Below are positions 50,378 to 61,087 of a stretch of 64,000 nucleotides of DNA, one piece after another. The DNA comes from Azolla caroliniana. Its lineage: Eukaryota > Plantae > Polypodiophyta. A model generated the notes under the pieces. It was not told where the DNA came from and made no database searches. It worked only from the letters and a program-made list of their open reading frames with translations. The position numbers and the translations under genes were made by a program. The stretch lies in contig JBHGNT010000008.1 of the NCBI GenBank assembly GCA_043228905.1, positions 10,788,001 to 10,852,000 of the forward strand, read 5' to 3'. Position 1 is the first letter of the stretch. Each line of letters opens with the position of its first letter.

Positions 50378-51735
50378 TTACTTTTCTTCCGATTCATCCT
50401 TGAATGGATTTTTCGGCATGTGTCCACGATATGGTTTAAGCCGGAAACCATTGACCCATTTCAGTAAAATCTCACCTGATAGGGTTCCCAGTTGATACGT
50501 ACCATTTTTACTATTCACGATCCAAACTGGTCCCGTCCATCTATACCGAAGTTTTCCTGGCATCGCCCCCATCTTGGTCTGGAAAACCAGTACTGGTTTC
50601 CCAATTCCGAATTGGGATTCGGTTTTCCGTCGGTGTCGATTTACAAATGCCTTGGTTTGCCTTTGCTTGTGCTCTAAAGCTGTCATAGCTTGTAGTCGGT
50701 CTTCTTCTAACAGCAATAAAGATTCTTTCCGAATTTGCTCCGACTGTAGTTCATTTAATTTTTCGGTTGCTTGTATTCGGAGTGTTGGGATCTGGAATTC
50801 GATTAGCATCACTGCCTCCAATCCAAAAGCCATTCGGAAAGGTGTGGATTTAATAGATGTTTTGTACGACGTGCGATATGCCCATAAAGCACTATGCAAC
50901 TTTTGATCTCAGTCTGTACGATTCTCATTTACTATCTTTTTGAGTATTGTCTGGAGGGTTTTGTTTGTCGACTCCGCCAATCCATTCGCTTGTGGATAGT
51001 AAGGAGTGCTTTTCTTATGAACCATTGCATAGTAGGTAGACAATTCATGAACAAGTTTGTTAATGAAATGCGTACCTTGATCGCTCACAAATTCTATTGG
51101 GCAACCGAATCGACACCATATACTTTCGTACAAAAATTTTGCTATTGAAGCTGCTGTATTATCCCTAAGAGCTTTAGCTTCTACCCACTTCGTACAGTAG
51201 TCAGTAGCCACTATAATATATCTAATGCCTGTTCTTACTGCTGCCGGTTTGAAAGGGCCTACAAAATCCAACCCCCATTTTTGGAAAGGTTCAAGAGGTA
51301 ACACCAATTGAAACGGCATTCGGTCCCTTTTTGTCGGTTGTCCCATACGTTGGCATAAATCACATTTCCGAAAATATTCGACCGCATCCTTCATCACTGT
51401 CGGCCACCATAACCCACTATTCCATATTTTTCTTGTTGTGGTTTCCCCAGCATAGTGTCCTCCTGCAGTTCCACAGTGTGATTCCCGAAGAATGACCGAT
51501 TTTTCAAATTGTCGTACTGTTCTTCTCCAAATACCATCTGCTCCTTTATGATACAGAGTGTCGTTCAAAAAACAAAAATTACGACTCCGTACCGCCAACC
51601 TTTTCCTTTCGTTTGCCGATAGATGTTCGGGTGGTACCCCTGTTGTAAGAAAGATTGTCATTTCTAAGATCCAACCATCCTCACTTTCTTCATTTACACC
51701 TTGTGCATTTACTAACATCAGGTCGTTATTCTGAG
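50378..51735 (-). pseudogene. Gypsy integrase of I (one internal stop)
   Basis: ORFs 50909-51829 and 50378-50899: HHCC zinc finger, DDE core and GPY/F-like motif; no chromodomain seen. Confidence 0.9.
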
Positions 51736-52087
51736 CCATTGAATGATTATTTCTGGCAAAGAAATAGGATAAGGTTAGACAAATAGTCATAACATCATGT
51801 TGTGATGTAAACATATCATGGTCCAACATTAATCGATATCATGATCTCATGTCAATACCCCTCTAGACATATGAGATAAAATTCAAGATCATGTTACTAT
51901 GGTAACACAACGGTGTTTTAAAAACCATGGGGGTGACAAATGAATGTCTTTCCCTCATCTCTATATCGTTTTTTTCATGGCGGCTCCCCGACGCTCAACC
52001 ATGTATGTTCGCGTCATGAATAGTTTATACACGAAAAAAATGTTAACAATAAACTATGTTTCTATGCCTACATATGTGGTTTCGACT

Positions 52088-52452
52088 CTTTAAGTCCTAT
52101 TACGAGGACCCCGAAGTGCACTTAGACCTAAATTCTAAACATGTATTATAGTCATATGTATCAACAATGTTGTATGGTCTTGGTCATATTTGAACTCGAG
52201 ACCTCGAGAACAAATGCATTAAACACTTTAGTTAACCAAATAGGTTGCTCGTGTTAAATGTTTAACATTTTAAGTTCTATTACGAGGACTTCGAAGTGCA
52301 CTTAGACCTAAATTCTAAACATGTATTATAGTCATATGTATCAACAATGGTGTATGGTCTTGGTCATATTTGAACTCGAGACCTCGAGAACAAATACATT
52401 AAACACTTGAGGTAACCAAATAGGTTGCTCGTGTTGAATGTTTTAACATTTT
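52088..52452. repeat. 180-bp tandem duplication
   Basis: TTTAAGTYCTATTACGAGGAC...GTTGCTCGTGTTRAATGTTT occurs twice, 180 bp apart. Confidence 0.92.
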
Positions 52453-53170
52453 ATGCATATAAGGGACATGCTAGGCATTTGACCATATATGTTTTTTTAA
52501 AAGAAACATATATGTCAAGAGTCGTTATTTCCCTCTCATTTACCACAAACTATGTTGGTATGTTACCTAACCTCAAGTCTCATAATTACGATGGCATACT
52601 TCAAAGTGCAACCTAATGGTCAAGCCAAATGAGCCCTCTTTTCGTAGTAGGCCCACGTGGCCCATCACATGGTTACGTCATTACGAATGCCTTTCATAAG
52701 AATGATCTCATGGTGGCATCGTATCCATGTAATGAAGGAGGGATGTTGGATATGTGTGTCATAGGAGCGACCTCACATGAAGTGGGTCAAGCCCTACGTT
52801 CTCAAAATCATTGTGGCTGAGAACATTTCGTTACGTAACAAAATCGAAGTGACCAACGGGGATGTCAACAAAAGAAATTGTTGAAAAAAGGATGGTGACT
52901 ACGCCATTCTCACAAGAATGTGAGGACGGCCACCAAGATCCATTCCCCGAAAAGGACAACATTCAATATATAAATCACATAATAACTAATATACATATAC
53001 GTATATTTATCACACATATACGATCAAATACGTATACATGTGTCCACATATGCGTATATTAAGAATAATCGTAACATCAAATAGCCAACCTATGATGAAA
53101 TCGAGACACATAGCCTTAGCCTCTACGCACACAAAACATCCAATAATAAGGGTTAATCGTAATCTACAAT

Positions 53171-53363
53171 TGAGGTATTGACCTCTTATGCATACCACAC
53201 CAAATGCATATCATTTACATAAAAATCGAGGTATTGACCTCATACGCATACGTAACATATGTATATGACTGTAATACGCAATTGAGGTATTAACCTCGTA
53301 CGCATACGACACTAATCACATATTAAATATTTGTCAAATGAGGTATTGACCTCATACACATAT
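53171..53363. repeat. Four palindromic repeats GAGGT-ATTR-ACCTC with an exact 56-bp period
   Basis: GAGG starts at 53172, 53228, 53284 and 53340. Confidence 0.9.
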
Positions 53364-53797
53364 GTAAATGTTTTATACAACCAATTAATTACCACTACAA
53401 CATCATTGAATCAATGAAAAAAATTACATATTGACCATATACATGATTAGATAGGAGAAGAAAAAATGGAAAAAAAAACAAGAAAGAGTTACCGAAGTTC
53501 CGTTGTTGATCGCTATCTGGATCAAGGTCGACCGCACGTCGATCGATCACCATCCCTCAAGAACACAGAAACAAACAAAGGAAACATTAGAAACATAAGC
53601 TCGGATACCAACTGTTAGAGTTATGGTCTAACGTAAGCATATGATAGGATAAAATATTGATAAACATAAGAAAGGAGAGAGAGAAAGAAGGATGCCAATC
53701 CACCCGACCATCCCCGAGTGAAGGGATCGAGATGGACTTGAGCCTCGATCGGCGTCCCATACCACTGTCGTGGCATCGAGTCGTATCTGGTGTTAGT

Positions 53798-53941
53798 TCT
53801 CTCTCTAAGACTCTAGATATACAAGAATGATCAAGTTTACTTATTATAACGTTAGGTTATAGCTTATATATTAAGCCCTAACTCTTTGGATGTGTTCACA
53901 GTAGGATACAAAGTGAAAGGAGTCGACTTCTTATGGCAACA
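53798..53941 (-). repeat. Remnant of an O-family LTR, probably the 5' LTR of O
   Basis: About 90% identical by eye to 23846-23986 and ends at the same CAACA. Confidence 0.85.
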
Positions 53942-54900
53942 ATTGTGTCGATCCATTTGCTAGAAGAACCCCGTAATCCAGTATAGGTACAATGAATATA
54001 TGGCGCATCATTATGCATATATGGCAAAGGTGGTGGAAGTGTGTGAGCTAGAGAGCTATGCAAAGGCGGCAAAGGATGCCAATTGGCGAGCCACAATGGA
54101 CGAAGAGATGGCGCCTTAGCAGAGAAAGAGACATGGGACCTGGTTGACACCCCCAAGGGTGTGAAGCCAATCGGATGTAGGTGGGTGTGACAAAACATTT
54201 GTGTCGGTTGCAAAGATGACAATCGTCCAGGTGTTGCTAGTTGTAGTGGCAGTGAAGGGGTGGCACCTACACCAAATGGATGTGAAGAACGCGTTCCTGC
54301 AAGGAGAGCTTGAGGAACAGGTCTACATGGTGCAGCCTCCTGGATTTCAGTCTGGATTGAACACGTCGGTCGTCTGCCGACTGAAGAAGTCCCTATACAG
54401 ACTAAAGCAAGCCTTGCATGCCTAGAATGCAAAGATCATGAAGAGATTGCATCGGATGAGGTTTGCTCCACCAATGTCGGACTCATCATTGTTCATCCAG
54501 CCAAGTCGGAATGGGTCGGTCAGTATACTACTCTATGTTAATGATTTAGTCATCGTCGGGGCCGATCTGGAAGAAATCGGTCGCTTGAAGTCCCAACTTG
54601 CCGCATCATTTGATATGAAGGATCTGGGGGACCTTCATTACTTCCTCGGTATCCAAGTGATCCTCACCCCCAAAGGCATACTGATCAGCCAAAGGCATTA
54701 TGTGTTGAGTATGCTCTTCAATTTCGAAATGACAGGATCAAATACGTCTCGACTCCTCTAGACAGAAACAAGAAGCTTTGCCAAGGTTCGGGAACAGATG
54801 CATGCGGTTTCAACAAATTGTCGGAAGCCTAATATATTTGACCATCACCTACCAGACCTCAGTTATTCGGGCATGCCAAATCAGTCAGTTTATGTCGCAA
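53942..54900 (+). mobile_element. C-family copia P, right piece (linker plus RT, with deletions)
   Basis: [48 protein letters not shown] motifs. Confidence 0.85.
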
Positions 54901-56027
54901 CAAGACTTGATTTCATTGATGCAAAATAGACATGTACCTTAACTCTCCCACTATAATCAATTTCATTCACTTTGTCTACAATCAACCATTAATAACTAAT
55001 AATTTTAGTATACCCTATTATTAGACCAAGCTCGGACTAGAATAAGTGTAAATAACAAGAAACAAAAGAGTACCTGATCAACAACAATAATCACACCACA
55101 TGCCTCACATCATACACAATCAATCACTAAGTCAATATACCAAACGTTTCTAGGTTATACGACCTTGGTGCATATTGTTTACCTTGTTCGTAGCCTACTT
55201 TGTTTTCACACCTAAAGGAACTCTTTGTTCATTGCACCATAAAGCATTCATCTTGTTGACAAGTGGCACCACATTATTCTTCTTTCATTGCAAGTGCCAG
55301 TGTTCCATAGCCCCATCACGCGCACACACATATACAACATTAATTGCATTGATTTCCTCTTTGTGGTCTAGCTTTCAAGAAATCCTATTATATCTGTTTA
55401 TCTCAACTTCTAGATAGGGGTGCAATGGTAATTTTTCACACAAACCTAGGGGCACCCTAGTAAGTTTCTACAAAGTCAAAGATATAATGAGTTTCTATTC
55501 CTCTTTGTACAATATCAATGTAACAAACAAAAAGAGTGGGAGAGAACATAAGCATAGCATTGTCGTTCCTACTTTGAAGAGCAATATATTCGACAAAGAA
55601 CCACAACCATGATGAGAGAACCAGGTCTTTAGACCTAGTTCCCTTCCATGGGTTGACCTAGGTCTTTAGACATTGTGATGGATCGCAAGGGTATTCAAAA
55701 CTCGTTGACATAATTCTAAGATCATATTACATTACTACCACCTGTAATTCAAACCTCAACATACAACACATCATCAACTAGCAATGCTCACTCCTATGGA
55801 TAAAAGCATGTCTACTTTTTGTTGCTTTGATGCTACCATTTAAAGTTAGACAGAAGTTCTTGATGCCCCTCAATACATGCTTGTGAAGTTTGACATGATC
55901 ATTTCCTCAATCACATCTTTGGTCTACAACCTTCTTTCACAGATGACAAAGGGTTTTCCTAAGCACTTATTCTGGCCTTTATATTGTTTACATAGTTTAC
56001 CGAGGGTGCCTTACCTGTGAGCAAAGA

Positions 56028-56225
56028 AAATGGAACTTGTGATGTGCCCAATTATTTTCAGATAAGGTTCTGTATTCAATGCACTGTGAAAGAACCTTCA
56101 GATAAACTTCTCTGAGTCACTGTCTAAATGGAACTTGTGCCTGATGTGCCCAATTATTTTCAGATAAGGTTCTGTATTCAATGCACTGTGAAAGAACCTT
56201 CAGATAAACTTCTATGAGTCACTGT
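56028..56225. repeat. Tandem duplication of about 100 bp downstream of NDUFA13
   Basis: AAATGGAACTTGTG...GAGTCACTGT occurs twice. Confidence 0.9.
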
Positions 56226-56429
56226 AGTATTAGACGATCGCTCAGATGAAAGATGAACTTTTAAATCAATATATATAAATCAACCAAATCATCATAGAAT
56301 ATCAAATACCTTCCAGAAACCATGCATGGACTTTCAAGGAGCACAATTTGATGAGACCCTTAGCTTCATGCCTATAATTAATTCTCTAATACCATTCTGC
56401 TTGATGTCATCATACATTTCAAACAAAGA

Positions 56430-56524
56430 GAAAACCTTATTGTGTACTAAGAATGTCTTCTCTTTCAAAAAACAGTGAAAACCTTATTGTGTACTAAGAA
56501 TGTCTTCTCTTTCAAAAAACAGTG
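56430..56524. repeat. 47-bp tandem duplication
   Basis: GAAAACCTTATTGTGTACTAAGAATGTCTTCTCTTTCAAAAAACAGT occurs twice. Confidence 0.9.
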
Positions 56525-56895
56525 ATTCTTCACACTTTATTTCTGTGGAATACATCTCTATTCAAGAGTAAGAGAACGGTCGCATTTCAAACTTCACAAG
56601 GGAATCTCAGTCCAGATCAGCAACTGTTTGAGGCAGGAATACATATATAGGGATGTGAACCAAAATATTTAGCCTTCTCCCAGTCACACCAATCAAATGT
56701 GAAGGACTGGCCAAGGGTCTCTTGATAAGGCCCAGGGATTTATCCAAAACAGTTCATAAAATAAGAACTCTGTGTTGCACACACAGTTAAACTTGATCCA
56801 GCAAACATAATAGACATTAACAAAAAGCATTTAGAGAATTCATCCTGGAGAAAATCAATAAAAAGTAGTTGTTCCTCTGTAAACCCCTCATTTCA

Positions 56896-57040
56896 CTACT
56901 GATAATCTGCATAGATCTTTGTAGCTGCAGGTGCACGCCATCTTTGAGAATTATACACACTTGCTCCAACTTTCCATCCTGGGACATTAGCCATGATTTT
57001 TGCTTCTTCGTCCAAAAACTTTTGCCTGTCTCGTACAAAC
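56896..57040 (-). CDS. NDUFA13: NADH dehydrogenase (ubiquinone) 1 alpha subcomplex subunit 13 (GRIM-19/B16.6), last coding exon
   Basis: After acceptor CTCAG: (R)FVRDRQKFLDEEAKIMANVPGWKVGASVYNSQRWRAPAATKIYADYQ*, matching the plant NDUFA13 motif M..VPGWKVG..VYNS.RW; stop TAG at 56896-56898. Confidence 0.93.
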
Positions 57041-57135
57041 CTGAGATGATGCCATGAACATTCACCCAGACTTGACTTGAGTAATAATCTTAATTAGCAA
57101 AATCATTAAAATATGGTTCAAAATTATATAATCAC

Positions 57136-57207
57136 CTTGCATCTTCTTCTGCCTGGATAAAGGGAAGTATTGCTTTCCTTGCTTCATATTTTTCCAGTTT
57201 ATATGCC
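57136..57207 (-). CDS. NDUFA13: NDUFA13/GRIM-19, penultimate coding exon (72 bp)
   Basis: AG/GT-bounded exon encoding (R)AYKLEKYEARKAILPFIQAEEDA(R), matching plant EKYAARRAILP.LQAEED.R; splices in phase across a 95-bp intron (57041-57135). Upstream exons not found in the window. Confidence 0.93.
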
Positions 57208-57429
57208 CTGGAGAAACATGTCAACATTATAATTTTCGAGCATCATTCCAAGTGTCTGAAATTGAGCCTATAAAAATATCATAGCTAAAATATAGCAAAG
57301 TCCCTTCATAATACCATTCTTTGCCATTCTCTATATGCACAACACTGGGTAATGTATCAAATGCCCCCACTAATAGGACAGACTTGATTACAACTTTCAA
57401 ATATTTCCCATAGTTATAAAATACTTTGC

Positions 57430-57790
57430 ATACCAAGTATCTAAGGTGCATGCCAAGTATTCTACCAAGTGTTAAATGTGCATGCCAAGTATTCTACCAA
57501 GTGTTAAATGTGCATGCCAAGTATTCTACCTTTTTAAAAAATATTTAAGAGTATTCTAAAGATGAAATATATTAAATATATTAGAAATATGTGTAGAATA
57601 TGTTAAATACTTCTTCAATTTTGATGTTTTCAGAAAAAAATTTATTTATTTTTATTTTTTGGAAATGTTAAGTACTTGTTAAATAAATAGAATACATAGA
57701 GAATGTTAAGTACTTAGAATACTTAGAACACTAGAAACGTTTTAAAATGGAAGTTCTAAAATTTAGAATACTTCAGAGTATTCTAAACGG
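57430..57790. repeat. AT-rich intronic repeat: 32-bp tandem unit (about 2.6 copies) plus dispersed AGTATTCTA/TAGAATACT motifs in both orientations
   Basis: GTGCATGCCAAGTATTCTACCAAGTGTTAAAT repeated; possibly a MITE or DNA-transposon subterminal remnant. Confidence 0.55.
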
Positions 57791-58159
57791 TGACCCGTCG
57801 TTTTAACTGTAAAGAATAACAGTTTCCTGAATTTGTTGAAATCTCTGTACTAGGGTTAGGGTTAACATGAGAATACACAGACACACATAAGAGAGAGAGA
57901 GAGAGTATGCACAATGAGCTAGTCTATTTAGAAATACTTTATCGCTTTATATAGCCTTGATTACAAGAAATGTGACTAACCCTAGATACTTTTCACGTGA
58001 AGATCCCTATCTAAGGTGTCCTTAAGCCTAGGCCCTACAATGTAGGGGTTACAAAATGTCCACTATGGACGAAGTTCTTATGCCATAAAGTTCCTTCCAC
58101 AATCTACACACTGGTCTAATGTTGCCTTGTTTCTCATATCTTGGCCATTGCTGCATGTG

Positions 58160-59785
58160 GCAGCCGCTATGGGTTGAAACAAACCCCGCCTCTTTGGAAT
58201 AAGAAATTTGATTCTTTCATGCTCTCAAATCGTTTCAATCGAGGTACGGCATATCCATGTTTTTATATGAAAAAGGAAACTAATGGCAGACCTATTATTT
58301 TGGTTTTGTATGTTGATGACATGCTCATTGCAAAAAAGCATGATAAAAGTTTGCACTCAAATCTGCATTTTCTATGAAAGATCTCAAAAACACTGAGCAC
58401 ATTCTTGGGATAAGAATCAAACGGGACAGGCAAAAGATTTCAGATGATTGATGCAAAGCCATCTCTAGTGCCTCTTGAATCACAAGAAAGACTTTCAAAA
58501 GCACATTATCACAAAGACAACGAGGAAACAGAAAAAATGCAAGCTATTCCACATGCTTCAGCTTGTGGATCATTGATGTATGTAATGGTATCAACACGAC
58601 CTGATATTGCATATGCAGTAGTAGTAAGCAGATTTACGAGTCAACCTAGACAAAGCGATTGTGCTGCAGTCAAGTCTATCCTTAGATATCTCAAAGGCAC
58701 TAAAGGGGAAAACATTTGTTATGGCAAAGGGAACTTGAATCTTCATGGCTATTGTGATTTTGATATGGCTGGAGATGTAGACACAAGAAAATCTACTCAT
58801 AGATACATCTATACTGTTGCAAGGGGAGCTATTTCATGGTGTTCAAGGCTGCGATGAATTGTTGCACTCTCTACTACAGAAGCTGAGTATATCTCAGTTA
58901 TAAAGGCTTCTTTGGAGGTCATTTGGTTACTCTCTTGTGTACTGCGCTTGGACTACCAAAGCAAATTCCAGTCCTACATTATGATAACCAAAGTGCCATA
59001 TGTTTGCAAAGAACCTTGTTTACCATGCAAGGACCAAACATATTGATATTCACAATAACTTCATTAGGGAGGTGATACCAAAGCAAATTCCCGTCCTACA
59101 TTGTGATAACCAAAGTGCCATATGTTTGGCAAAGAACCTTGTTTACCACGCAAGGACCAAACATATTGATGCTCACATCCGATTGGTAAAGATTGATACC
59201 ACTGAGAATCCAGCAGATTGTTTAACAAAGTGTTTATCAAAGACACTTCACCAACACTATTGAGTGAGTGGGAGTTGTCTAGTAGAGTAACCTAGCTCCT
59301 TTAAGTGGGAGGTTATTGGGATTAAAGGCCTTTTAGGTTTCTCTAACTAAACTAGAAAACAAGTTTATATTATTTAACATTTTCTGTTATTTTATTAAAG
59401 TTGTACAGCCTTGTTTTCAGAGCTGTACAACTTCTAAAAGAATATTTTGTGGTTTGAATGGGATCCTTGTACAAGATTCCACTTAGCGTTAAATAGGTAT
59501 TTATGAGGCCATAACTTAGCTGTCGTGTCAGTATATAAAGCTCTTCTTCTAAGAGCATATTCTATGTTTTGGATTGCACACATACATAAGTATGCACTCC
59601 TACCTTATATATTCTTTTAAGCGGTAGGCTTCTGTTTTGCAGAACTGTGTCCACTTCTTTAATCCCTTGTATGTGTTAAACCCCGTAAATGTTTTTAGCT
59701 GCCTTTAGATATTTCAGAAAAACTGTCATTCTATCTTTCTACCTAAGCTGTGTTCACACACACGTCTAGGCTTATATTCCTAACA
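58160..59785 (+). mobile_element. Old copia Q (RT-RNaseH, PPT 59303-59312, probable 3' LTR about 59314-59785) in the NDUFA13 intron
   Basis: YGLKQ, LYVDDML, GSLMYVMVSTRPDIAY; HARTKHID region locally duplicated. Confidence 0.8.
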
Positions 59786-60089
59786 AAATTATCTAATGGC
59801 AGAGATATAGAAACAGAAGACAATTATGGGGTTTAACACATAAGAGAGATTGAAAGGCCATAGTCATTAACGGCTGCTAAGTACTGGTATAGGACAAATC
59901 GGGTCTTGTGTGGGTAAGATGAAGAATATACCTAGTCAACCTCCTATATTTTGTACTATCTTCAAAACTGGCTGAATGTTCTTCACAAGAAAGCTTGGAT
60001 TGAGAATCCACAAGACAAGATACAAGCTACCAATCAGTCATACCATAGGTTTCAAGCAGTTGTGAAAGATACCTATGCTGGCTGAAAAA

Positions 60090-60900
60090 TATCCCTCCAT
60101 TAGATTGATAGACCTCCATGTGACATTTCAAATGTTGTTTTTTAACTCATTGCAAAGCTGCTCTAACTTGGCTTCAAAAGAATCTGTAATTAGTAAATCA
60201 TCTATGTATAGAATAACGAGACACATGAAGCCATCTTGAGAGAGGACATAGAAAGTGCTGTCGACAGAACATTGTTCGAATCCAAAAAACTAAAGAAAGA
60301 ATTGATCTTGTCAGATCAAGCATTGGGAGCTTGTTTCAAGCCATATAAGACTTTCTTCAGCCTATAAACCATAACTTCCTGACCAGAAATCTCAAAACTA
60401 AGAGGTTGCTCCACATAAACTTCTTCCATTAGGTGGCCATTTAAAAAGATAAACGTGACATCTATTTGGAATATACACCAATTGCAGTGCACAGTATGTT
60501 GTGGGCCGTACCAGATAGAAGTAAACTTTGCCATGGGAGCAAATGTCTCCTAGTAGTCTACTCCTTCCACTTGAGAGTACCCTTTTGCAACTAATAAAGC
60601 CTTGTGTTTGTCCACTGTACCATCTCCGTGGTACTTGGTTTTGAATATCCATTTGACACAAATAAGATGTCTATTCTGAGGACACGGACCAATTCCTATG
60701 TGTAATTTCCCTAAATGGAATCAAGCTCTACCTCCATGTCTGCATTCCATTCACAAAGAGCACGGGTTTCTTGCTCTTGTAGGATCATGTGTTTGTAAGA
60801 CACTACACAGCCAGGAAAAGTTGCATCTATTGTGAGGTTGCTGGGTTTTATGACCTCTTGTGGTGGTGTGGATGGGGTGGCTGCATGTTGATGAATATTA
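60090..60900 (-). mobile_element. Highly decayed copia RT fragment
   Basis: LMEEVYVEQP and [12 protein letters not shown] motifs in ORF 60316-60534. Confidence 0.7.
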
Positions 60901-61087
60901 GCATCAGAAAGATGGGACTCTCAAATCAAGACACTCCTACATTGTGAACCGAAGTGCCATATGTTTGGCCAAGAACCATGTTTACAACGCAAGGACTAAA
61001 GATATTGACATTTAGTATCACTTCATTAGAGAAGTATAGAAGATGGTGAAATCCAATTGGTAAAGATTGATACCACGGAGAATCCGG

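Larger units (their letters stand above)
46735..51735 (-). mobile_element. Gypsy element I (non-chromovirus-like, related to T): integrase, extra ORF, partial 3' LTR (46735-47308)
   Basis: INT with H..GGHY, CDLCQ, WGLDFVGP, VSDQG, QANGLAE and RWTGP motifs; LTR begins TGTTACCCGG on the minus strand, as do the T termini. Confidence 0.87.
51740..53795 (-). mobile_element. Non-coding LTR element M (PBS 53599-53610, LTR about 53613-53795), apparently inserted in the 5' LTR of O
   Basis: GCTCGGATACCA-AC-TGTTAG gives an iMet PBS plus LTR end; AT-rich internal region with no TE ORF. Left boundary uncertain. Confidence 0.55.

Noticed and set aside
53171-53363. True CRISPR array
   Set aside because: Plant TE context, no cas genes, only four units, and the spacers retain mutual similarity.
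56817-57065. 82-aa ORF from the track
   Set aside because: Wrong frame; the real product is the spliced NDUFA13 exon in another frame.
57808-58110. Solo LTR
   Set aside because: LTR-like composition and TG...CA candidates, but no matching TSD or partner in the window.
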